Assembly (NCBI RefSeq): GCF_002113885.1
Contig: NW_018408820.1
Coordinates: forward strand, 1,145,654-1,209,309
Direction: 5' to 3'
From: Mizuhopecten yessoensis
Taxonomy: Eukaryota
Length of the DNA: 63,656 nucleotides
Under the pieces are notes generated by a model that did not search any database, was not told the origin of the DNA, and saw only the letters and a list, made by a program, of their open reading frames with translations. Position numbers and translations under genes: made by a program. Positions 39,528-51,500 of the stretch are shown here, in pieces; the stretch's first letter is position 1; each line of letters starts with the position of its first letter.

Positions 39528-41364
39528 AGAGAGGTACATCACTTATACCCTAACTGGTACATGTACATCATATGATAACTTGGGCACTTAACTACCAAAT
39601 TTGACTTATATAACATGTAATGTGATGGGTTAACCATATAACTGAACTATGACCACAGTGTAACTTGTTGTAAAATGTCAACAACACAATCCTGTTCTAA
39701 TGATACAAAGAACACAAGACCTTAATGAAATTGATTACTGTATATATCGTAAGTTTCACTTTGTCACATTTGTCAGAAGTGATTTGTACACAGTATAATC
39801 AGAGAGATTAAAACACCTGACAACACCAACAGTGAAGGCCATCACTGAAAATATGGTACATGTTAATCTCATGAATATATAAAACTCCTGTAAAAGTCCT
39901 TTTGTTATTTTTTTTTTATCCTGACCGCTAATTGTATTTTCTCACAAATTCATTATATAAACATACTTCAATCATTAAACTTTGTGAACAATTGTCAGCA
40001 CCAGGTTCAATATTGGCAAAATTGATTTGTAAATATACTATTTTAAAGTCAAACATCTAACACAGGTAAAAACAGATCACTTTGTCTTTATATTTAGTTT
40101 GACAATATATTCCACCTAAAACTGTATAGTTGTTCAATTTCGCGGGTCGAATATTTTGCAGTCGTCTTGATCAGAACTTGTTTGCGCCCGGATCAAATTT
40201 TGGATAGGTTAAAATATCGCGTTCATTAGGGACCTTTTCTATTTGGGTGATGGGACTTATTTTACAAGTGTTTTGTGAAAATAAAGTAAAATGTGATATT
40301 AACCCTTTCACCCCTATGTAACTTCAGTAAACTCTACCATGCATTGATCTGGTTGAGTCCACTGTGGTCTACAGTGGTGAAAGGGTTAAATTGTTGCTTT
40401 ATCTTCATTACTAATGGCAGAAAACAGGTAAACAGATTTTATTTTTATGTCTGTAAATACATATTCACGGAGATTATAATTCACAGTTCATGAATATTTG
40501 CTTGGTATTTCATTTTGCACTATCTTAAGTATAACCATGAATATAGCGAAAATAAATCCCCCACAAATATTACCATCTATATACAGTATTGGATTTAATC
40601 TTTGCGAGATGAATATGTGAGTTTTAGTACATTATCAAATTGGACAAAGGTAAATGTACCAAACAATAGTTATCTTAATTGATCATTAATAACAGTCTGT
40701 AAATACTTACAGTATGGTAATTTACTTTGGAATGTCATAAAAAAATGTTACATTAAAAGTGTAGCATGAGGGAATGTAAATATTATATACATACAGTAGA
40801 AAAGTGCAATTTCCCTCATCAGTACTTTTAAAACCTGGAAAACTCACTTAATTTCTAAATTCAGGAACAAAAACATTTAAAAGTGATAATTCAGTAAAAA
40901 AATAGTTATTCTGAACTTTAACTTTTCCTAAACTTGATATTTCCATCAGTACAATATTATGATTATAAGTTATTATACATACATAGTTCCTACTTGATTT
41001 AACATTAATTGATATAAGCTGCAATTAATGCTGGAATGTCCTTAGGCACAGTTCTGATAAATACGACTTTACACGAAGCAATAAATTCTATTTAAATATG
41101 TAACATATTAAATACTGATAGTATCTCTGAAAACATGGAAGCGGCAGCTTATATAAATGCATGTATTTGTTGAAGCCATTTAAAATAACACATGTATATA
41201 TATACATCGTGTGTATATATATATAATATATATAAGAAGCACTTCAATCCTGATTATAATAAAATGTACAGAATATATATATATACCTCTATATTGAAAC
41301 TTGCTTTGTTAATAATATAAATTCTTCCATTAAGGCTCGTAATATCAGCAGTCTCTACATATTT

Positions 41365-41610
41365 AAATAACTATATATGATATACAATGTATAACTATAG
41401 ATATGATAAATAACTATAGATATGATAAATAACTATAGCTATGATACATAACTATAGATATGATATATAACTATAGATATGATAAATAACTATAGATAAT
41501 GATAAATAACTATATATGATAAATAACTATAGATATGATAAATAACTATAGATATAATAAATAACTATAGATATGATAAATAACTATATATGATAGGTAA
41601 CTACATCTAT
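41365..41610. repeat. 19-bp AT-rich tandem repeat (ATAACTATAGATATGATAA)
   Basis: About 12 units. Confidence 0.9.
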
Positions 41611-41750
41611 ATATATTATGTATGCTGTCATTAACAATTGCACTAATGTTTCAGTAACAAAAAGTCTGTTCAAGTGGGGCAAGGGATTCCATTACTGTAT
41701 ATATATTTCAACGATAATTAGAAATAGTTCCAGTACCTCATTTCCTTCCT

Positions 41751-41862
41751 GGTCCCCTGTTAACCCCATTCTAAGGATTAGGTCCCCTGTTAACCCCATT
41801 CTAAGGATTAGGTCCCCTGTTAACCCCATTCTAAGGATTAGTTCCCCTGTTCAACCCCTTTT
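41751..41862. repeat. 30-bp tandem repeat, about 3.5 copies (GGTCCCCTGTTAACCCCATTCTAAGGATTA)
   Basis: Directly visible. Confidence 0.85.
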
Positions 41863-42209
41863 CTCAGAATTAGGCCCCTTTTTGAGTATAAAAGTCCATG
41901 TTACCAACTTTTTAAGGATCCCTCCTCCCTACAACTACCTACCTCCTTTCTTCAAAGGACTAGCCCCTCCCAAGAAGCTTACTTTTAGTTGGTTCAAACA
42001 TTTTGTATTACAAAAAGAAATTAATTGATCAAACAAAATACTTCATTTACATTCACAACGAAGAATAGTTGGTAATGCTGTAGATATTGTATATATTTTC
42101 TCAACAAAGAAAGTTCACCTTTTTTTTATATATATTTTTTGATTCAGGGTTAAATGCCTTCATAAAATTAAAGGTCATTTCTTAACTGATGTTGCGAGGA
42201 CATCACAGA

Positions 42210-42240
<31 letters not shown>

Positions 42241-42588
42241 AAAAAAAATTTTTTTTTTTATAGAAAACTATAGTATATGTACTGATATTCCCCACTCAAT
42301 AACAGGTATTTTGTAGTGTTGTATTTCTTGAAGTTCAAATAATACTGTGAATGTGTTATGAAATTAGGCTAGACGTGATGAAACTTGGAGCGGAAAAACA
42401 CCTGTGTATGAGTTTACACAGTACATGTACAAGCTATAATCAAAGTTCTTATACTCTCCTTAACTATCTATAATAAGTACAATTCAATGGTGTGATCTCT
42501 TCCAATGCTACGAATCATTACAAACGAGGGTTGTCCTCCTGGAATATTTGGTATTATGTTATAAGAGTTGTCTGCCCCTTGATCATCG

Positions 42589-45500
42589 TCATCCTGTTAG
42601 GTTTCGCAGCTTTTCGTTGATGTCTCGTTCTCTCTGTAGCAAGGCATTGGTATGCTTCTTATAGGCCTCGAATTCCTGTTAAAATAATTAATAGTCCATA
42701 AAATTATTTATGTAATCATTCGTTAATTTTCAAATTGTATAAAGGTTCAATGGTTTAATACCCGTAATCTGTAAGTCAAACTTACACTCTGTCTCTCCTT
42801 GTTCCTCACTGAAGAGTCCTCTAGGTCTTCCCGGAGACGCCTCACCTGGAGGTTAGAGTTCACTGCAGCTGCCTCTCGCCTGCAATCACAAGGGGAGATA
42901 ATCATACAAATTGTATATATTTGCAATGCGCAGGGGCCTGTTCATTTATGCGGAACAACCGGTACGTCCGTTTTTAAATGTAACCTTTTTCGGGTATAAA
43001 TCCTGGAAGACCTCCAAAAGTTTATGCAGGCCTTGCAAGGCTTTGTGAAGGCTCGCCTGAAAACAGCATCAGAATTTGTACTGGGTCCAACCTTATTTCA
43101 AAAACGAACAACTCCGGTCAAACCGGTTCAACCTTTTGGATCGCGATAAACGAAAACGACCCTGCTGTCTATAATTTCTTTCAATTACCAGGTGCAGTAT
43201 AAATTGTAAAACTTTTGTTATGTTACCAACAGAAGGTATCATATTATACATATATTATATATATTTACTCCATCATAACTGCATCAATGTTATGTGAATC
43301 AGAAATCATTTTGTGGACTTCAACCTCTAAACAAATGGAAACCAATACACTAGATCACTCATAAAATTGTTTCTACCATTATTTTGATTTTATTAAAAAT
43401 ACGTTTTTTTCTGGAGACACACATTCTGCTTGCTTAAGACATTGAAATAGACTGTTAACCAAATATCTCAAATAACATTTTTTTTTTGCAGTTTTTTTTT
43501 TTAATTATTAATTAACTTAAAAATGCACACATTGTTTTTTCTATTTTATCATAGTGTTCGCTCAACGGCATGATGTCTAAATTACTACTCACAGACTGCA
43601 AAGTGAATGTATTATTTAATCATAATCCTTTATAGAGAGTAACAGAACATACATTTAAACATGCTGTCTACAAACTTTATTAAACCAGCTGTGTATAGTT
43701 TCTAAATTGACATGCAAGAGGTGGCCATTTTTTTTCTTTTTCGAATATAATTAGTGAATACAACAATTATATTGAATGTGTCCCCATCTTTTTCTACGTA
43801 GTAGTGTTGACAGATCAAAATAAGTTTCGGTTATAGATAAGAAATAAGGTGTCATTAACATATCATAATAAATAGACAGTCCCGTTAAGTGAGGATACAA
43901 TGAAACAGAACAACTTATCTTGCATACTAGACCGAGATATCCACATTTCCGGCGGTGATGGAAAATTCTATCCGACCCACGGGTCTAGATCGCTTACACG
44001 GGCAGACTGGTGGAGGAATTATAGGGACCTTTTGGGGTCACGCTATTGTTCGTAACGTCGTTTTATGACGTTTTGGGGTCAGTCAGGGTCATTGACGTCA
44101 CTAACAATTGTAATCACGTCACTAACAATCGTAAGTTGTAAGGTTATTCAAACCCTCATGATAAAATATTGAGCAAAAGACCCTCGGCAAAGCCTCGGGT
44201 CTCCTGCTCAATATTTTATCCCTTGGGTTTGAATAACCTTATCCATACCTCACATCAGGGATGGATTCTATTAACTCATTCACCCCTGAAGACACATTTG
44301 AACTCTTCCAATTCAAAGGTTGGAATAGGTCATTATGAAATTTCAGGGGTGAATGAGTTAATCTAAGATAAACTCAATATAATCGATCAGTACTACCAAT
44401 ATAAGAAAACCAGTCTTCAAAATTTGGTTACCAGATAAATTGTACCAATACCAAGTCTGCTTTGTGTTTGTTTATGTTGTTGGTTTTTTGACACTACTTG
44501 TATTTATGTCTATGTTTTCAGCAAAATACTGAATGAATTTATCAAATATTTTAAAACTAAAATATTACGGATTTTTCTCAGACTAAGATACATGTACAGA
44601 GAATGTCAGTTTGGTTGACATAAGTTGACAATACACTTCTATTTGTGTTCATTTGCCTGTTATGACTGTGACATTGAATCCTGTGACTGAGAGTATAGTG
44701 TTCTTACTCCACAAACAAATAAGTAACATTGCTTATGGTTTACCAGCCCATCGAAAAAATCATTACACGGTACAACATGTAAATCGTAAGTTGTATTGAA
44801 CTGTATGATAACAAAGTTAAAATGTTATAATAGAAACAAGAAAGTTAAACTTTTTACGTTTGTTTATTATGCAACAATAGAAGAATGCAATACATGTAAA
44901 AATAACTTTCATATTAAAGTCAGACTTTTTTCTCTTTTGATCGTAATTTTTTTGTTTCATTTGATAACATGTTCTATGACAGGACATTTTTTTAACATGC
45001 AGTGAACTTCAAATACATGAAGGTGAAATTTGAGGTGAATGAAGGAAAGACTGATGTACATTTAAAATGTGCCGGTGGAGAATAAAGATACCAATCCCTC
45101 CTGGCAGCAGCTAGTGTAATAATACAGAGACGCAAAAACATGTTAATAGGAAGAATAAGTTATGGTTACCTATGTTTATTGACAGAAAATCATTCAGTTA
45201 CTGGAATCAAATACATTTGTGGGGAAATCTGAAATTACTTTGTCATATTAATGCAAACAAATGTAAAAGAGGTCATAATTTTTAAAATTACTTTGGCTTA
45301 TTAATTCAAAGAATTGTACCAGAATCCAGAGGTCATAATTTTTTTAATTACTTTGGCTTATTAATTAAAAGAAAAGTAATAGAGGTCATAATTTTGCAAT
45401 GCCTCCACTAGCGGCAAACCCAGGACCTCAGATTTACTACCAGGTAGCTAGTCCAGAACTCTACCATGCAAATGAGAAAAAGAAAATGTCTCCCCATAGC

Positions 45501-48500
45501 CGATTCGGTAAGATTTTACCAGGGTGACATACATTTTGTTGTACAAAAGTTTTGAAGTACAAAAATAATGAAATAAGAAAAGCAAATTTTTCAATCTGAT
45601 AAAAAAAGTTGTCATATTGTTAAAATAATCATCTTACCATCACAGTTTATGAATGAGCAGAATGAGGTAACAATAATTTTATCATATATCATTGCTTTTT
45701 GACAAATCTCACTGTTGTCAATAAAAGAAAATCCACACAAAGAACAGAGAAGTACCAAATGAGACCTAGGCCACATGTGTCAACACTTACTCAAATTTTT
45801 CTTCCATGTTCCTCACAGCTTTTTCCATTTCACCAATCCTCTGTTGTAGCTTCTTATTCTCTGTCTGCTCTTTCTGCAGAAACATAACAGATCCAATTTT
45901 AATTTTGGGACATAAATATAGGATCTTGAATGAGTTTCCATTTCATATGAGATTTATGAAACGAGTCTAAGAATTTATCAATTCAATTTAGCGAGCCTCT
46001 GGCAAGCTAACATGAACAATTCGTGTCAAGTTTCATAAATTTCATATGAAATGAAAACGAGCGTAAGATCCTTTTTTTCACATAATCAAGATTTGTGGCA
46101 TTTATTCGTGTAAAACGACAATTTTCAAGCAACGTTGAAATGTAAAAAGACGCCATTTTGACTCTAGTGCGTAAGTCTGTGACGTTATATGTACTTGTCC
46201 CAGGCGTGACGTCACAATTGAAACAATTGAAATTTACAACCAATCACAGGGCTGATAGGTCATATTACATGGGTTAATACGCAAAAAAATATGACATTGG
46301 GTAACACAGGTGATTTCTCACAATACAAGGATAGGTTTCATTGTTCACTACTGTCAGTACCCCCATTGAGGCATCAATCCCAGTAATGCCGCTTCCCTTG
46401 TCATAATAACCAATTGATGAAATTGAGATAATCCCATTTACAAGTTCAGAGCAGGTCTTTCTGTTTAAAATCTACACTATCTAAACACTATTTATTTTAC
46501 AACAATTATGAAACAAGTTATTTCAACTTATATTAAACACTCTTTTTGGCCCGGATGTTAGTCTTATTGTGGGAGGAAACTAGAGTACCTGGAGAAAACC
46601 CACATGGTCGGGCAGGGGCCCCCAAACCTAAATCTGACGTCTGATCAGGGAATCGAACCCCGGCTGCTTTGGTTAAAGGCAAGTGCTTTATCTATTGTGC
46701 CACCCGACCACATTATAATGTATTTACTGACAGTGATATAACATTTTATCAATGGTTTTCCCAATAAGGTACATACATGTACAATTTTGCCTCGCTGCAT
46801 AGCTAGGTCGAGTAGTTCATCCTTTTCCTTGGTCAGCTGCTGAATCTTCAGCTGAGTCTCAGCATCAATGCTTTTCTTAGAGTCAGCCTGATTCTGTAGC
46901 TTGTAGTTCGCACCTATAAAAACACACACATATATAGAAAACATATTTATAACAAGAAGCCCAATGGTCGTGTATTTCTTACTTATTCAACGTTGCTGGC
47001 AAACACACCTCATATTGGTCGGTGACCTCAAAGTGTGTCAAGGTCAAATTGATTTAAACAAACTTGATAGCAAGTAAGCCAATACTTCAAGTAAATTATA
47101 ATCTTTCCACACTTATATAACTTTATTGGAAGATTTTAACTCCATTCACTTAAACAAATTTGATAGCCCTTCCCAGCATGCTGCCAACTAAATGCCAGGA
47201 TTATTCAGAAGAAGGTTTTTAAACAGTTTAACACATTTGACCCCTTTCACAACGAAAATGGGTCAAGGCCATTCATTTGAACAAACTTGATAACCCTTCA
47301 TCTCATCATGTTACAGACCAAATATCATGATGATGGCTCCTACCCTCTTGGTTATTCAAAGTTGTTCAAAATCTTATGAGACATTTTTAACTCCTCTCAT
47401 TTTCCTAGAAAATGGGTCAAGATCATACCTTTGAAACATTTGATAACCCTTCATCCCAGTATGCTTCAGACCAAATACCTAAGGCATTTGGGTTATTCTG
47501 ATGAAAAAGCCTAATTTTTTAAGACATTTATGCCCTGTGGTCTTGAGAATGGCTAAATGTCATTATTTTGAACAAAAGTGATAGCCCTTATACCAGCACC
47601 CTTGGCATCTTGATTAAGTTGAAACCTAGTAGATGACCTACTTTTTAACCTTTAAAACAGATTACCCTTATGACTTTGAGAGTGTGTCAAGGTTATCCAT
47701 TTAATTTTTTTATAGCCTCCATCGCAGTACATATGCTATAGTACTCTTGCCCTCCTAACACCCAGTAGATGACCTACTTTTTAACCTTTAAGACAGATTA
47801 CCCTTATGACTTTGAGAGTGTGTCAAGGTTATCCATTTAAAAATGTGTATAGCCTCCATCGCAGTACATATGCTGCAGTACTCTTGCCCTCCTGACACCC
47901 AGTAGATGACCTACTTTTTAACCTCTCCTCAGCCTCCTGTAGCTTGGCCTGTAGAGACTTGACATCCTTCTTGTATTGTTCCTGGAGGGTCCTGATGTCC
48001 CCCTGTAGAGCCTCCTCCTTCATTCGGAACTCCTGTGTGATGTGTCTGGAAACAGAGCCACGAAATCCTCACCAATGTATTTAAGAACAAGTATCACACG
48101 TTCATAAGGGATGAATAGCATGATACACAAAATATAAAGAAAGATTGAATAATTGTACTTGCTGATTATGAATATTAAAATAAAATCTTGAAAAATAGCT
48201 TTAAAAGCAATCTTGATCTTTACTTGATAAAAAAAACCTTGCAATTACAACGTACCCCATAATTTCCGTTTATAGATTATAGTAAAGCTTGAATTTATTG
48301 CCTATAGAACTGAAAATTATACTGCGACAATCGCTACTGTACACAGGCTGGAAACCTTGAAATTAAGCGAATTAATGCAAACTTTTATCCATTTGCTGAT
48401 AAATATTATATTTCTAACAAGTATTACTCCAAAGTTAGCTAAATCAGATATGAAGCTTTAATGTTTTGGTTTAGTGTTGTACCATTTCAGTATGGAGAAT

Positions 48501-51500
48501 TATACTGAGAGAAATGATCCATCGTGGTTATCCAGTAGTGTATATAAATATCCAGTAGTGTATATAAGTACCCAGCAGTGTATATAAGTACCTAGCAGTG
48601 TATATAAGTACCTAGCAGTGTATATAAGTACCCAACAGTGTATATAAGTACCCAGCATTGTATATTCCGTCTTTGCATATTGCAGACTTATCTTCTCTTG
48701 GGAGCAGGTATTGATTGTTACGGCACTTGTTTGTGAGAGTAACGTCATCAATTTTCGAGAAAACGACGCAATTTTCACACACAGACCAATGACGTAACAA
48801 TCAATACCTGCTCCCAAGAGAAGATAACTCTACAATACGCAAAGATGGAATAAGTACCCAGCAGTATATATAAGTCCCCAGCAGTGTTTATAAGTACCCA
48901 GCAGTGTATATTCCGTCTTTGCATATTGCAGAGTTATCTTCTCTTGGGAGCAGGTATTGATTGTTACGTCACTTGTTTGTGAGAGTAACGTCATCAATTT
49001 TTGAGAAAACGACGNNNNNNNNNNNNNNNNNNNNNNNNNNNNNNNNNNNNNNNNNNNNNNNNNNNNNNNNNNNNNNNNNNNNNNNNNNNNNNNNTATATA
49101 AGTACCCAGCAGTGTATATAAGTACCCAACAGTGTATATAAGTACCCAGCAGTGTATGTAAGTACCCAGCAGTGTATGTAAGTACCCAGCAGTGTATGTA
49201 AGTACCCAACAGCGTATATAAGTACCCAACAGCGTATATAAGTACCCAGCAGTGTATATAAGTACCCAGCAGTGTATATATAAGTACCCAGCAGTGTATA
49301 TAAGTACCTAGCAGTGTATATAAGTACCCAACAGTGTATATAAGTACCCAGCAGTATATATAAGTACCCAGCAGTATATATAAGTACCCAGCAGTGTATA
49401 TAAGTACCCAGCAGTGTATATAAGTACCCAGCAGTGTATATAAGTACCCAGCAGTGTATATAAGTACCCAGCAGTGTATATAAGTACCCAGCAGTGTATA
49501 TAAGTACCCAGCAGTGTATATAAGTACCCAGCAGTGTATATAAGTACCCAGCAGTGTATATAAGTACCCAGCAGTGTATATAAGTACCCAGCAGTGTATA
49601 TAAGTACCCAGCAGTGTATATAAGTACCCAGCAGTGTATATAAGTACCCAGCAGTGTATATAAGTACCCAGCAGTGTATATAAGTACCCAGCAGTGTATA
49701 TAAGTACCCAACAGTGTATATAAGTACCCAGCAGTGTATATAAGTACCCAGCAGTGTATATAAGTACCCAGCAGTGTATATAAGTACCCAGCAGTGTATA
49801 TAAGTACCCAGCAGTGTATATAAGTACCCAGCAGTGTATATAAGTACCCAGCAGTGTATATAAGTACCCAGCAGTGTATATAAGTACCCAGCAGTGTATA
49901 TAAGTACCCAGCAGTGTATATAAGTACCCAGCAGTGTATATAAGTACCCAGCAGTGTATATAAGTACCCAGCAGTGTATATAAGTACCCAACAGTGTATA
50001 TAAGTACCCAACAGTGTATATAAGTACCCAACAGTGTATATAAGTAGGATATAATGTATCACCATCCTCGATACTCCATGAGTTAAAACGCTCACTTATG
50101 CTCTCTAGTACACCCCTGGGATACGTATTGACAAAATTGAAGGCTCAGTGTGCACCACCTTGTGGATGAGATGAAAAGACTAGTTTGATCCTTTGATGTA
50201 AAATTTAAAGAATCTCTTGATAGCCTAATGGTAAATTTGACAGGTTTTGAAGTCGTATTTTGCTCTTCTGTAATATTTAAAGGCCCAGGTATAAACCTAG
50301 CGATTGGCCAGTTTTTTTTACCTGATACCAATCAAATTTGCTGTGACATACTCCAGGGGTGCAGAGAGTGAAGGTGGGCGTAACCCTGGAGTATCAAGGA
50401 TGATGTATATGTTCACAATATATATATCTGTAGAGACAATCCTAGTCAGATAATGAAAGAAATCTGTTCCTATCAGAAACAAGAGTACCGCGGGGCGGAA
50501 CAAAATACGCCCGTTGAATGCAATATATATACTTTCTTACAATGAAATAATATCTGCATCATTCTAAGATTGGTTAGCTGATATGCTATAAAAAATGTAG
50601 GAGAAAATCTTCGGACAAAAAATCAAATACTGAAATGAACAAAAGGCAATAAATTTTGCAAAAATTGTTGAATCAAATTTCTTTTAAAGGAGACAACTTC
50701 ATATCATGATTATAAAGTATACCAAGTTTCAAAGAGATCCGGTGATAAATGAAGGAGATTGCTGGACAAAAATCAAATACTGAAATAAACAAAGGGCAAT
50801 AACCTTTGGAAAAATTATTGAATCAAAATTCTTTTAAGGGAGACATAACTTCATATCATGATTATGATATTTACCAAGTTTGAAAGAGATCGGTCAGAAA
50901 ATATAGGAGGAGATCTCCGGACAAAAATCAAATACTGAAATGAACAAAGGGCAATAACTATTGGAAAAATTGTCGAATCAAAATTCTTTTAAGGGAGACA
51001 CAACTTCATATCATAATTATAATGTATACCAAGTTTCAAATACATGTAGATCAGTCGAAAAATGTAGGAGGAGATTGCCGGACAAACAAAGTTTACGCCG
51101 GCCGGCCGGACAACGCCATACCATAATACTACCGTCAAATTTGACGGTCGTATAAAAAGGGTGTTCTCTCGAAAACCATTTGATTTACATGACATTAATA
51201 TTTGTTCCGACGTTATAATACTTAATACCTGTTGCGATGTTCCAGGGTGTTGCACTGTTCCTTGAGACCTCCAAGTTTTTTCTCTAGTTCACTTATCTGT
51301 TCTTCCTTTTCAGCAATAGCACCAGAAAATATACGAGCATTTTCATCTCTTAAACGAGAATTTTCCTCTCGCAGGTCTCTATTTGCTCTTTTGTATTCGT
51401 CTTTAATCTTAATCATTTCTTGATGATTGGACGCCAGGTCGTCAAACCTAGCATTGAGTATATTGTATTTCCTGATCTCTCCGTCCAACATCCCTTTAGA

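Noticed and set aside
48830-50095. Three overlapping 227-421 aa ORFs (LLGTYIHCWVLIYTAGYLYT)
   Set aside because: They are translations of a stop-free strand of a 20-bp satellite inside a CCDC89 intron; two of them run through an N-gap.
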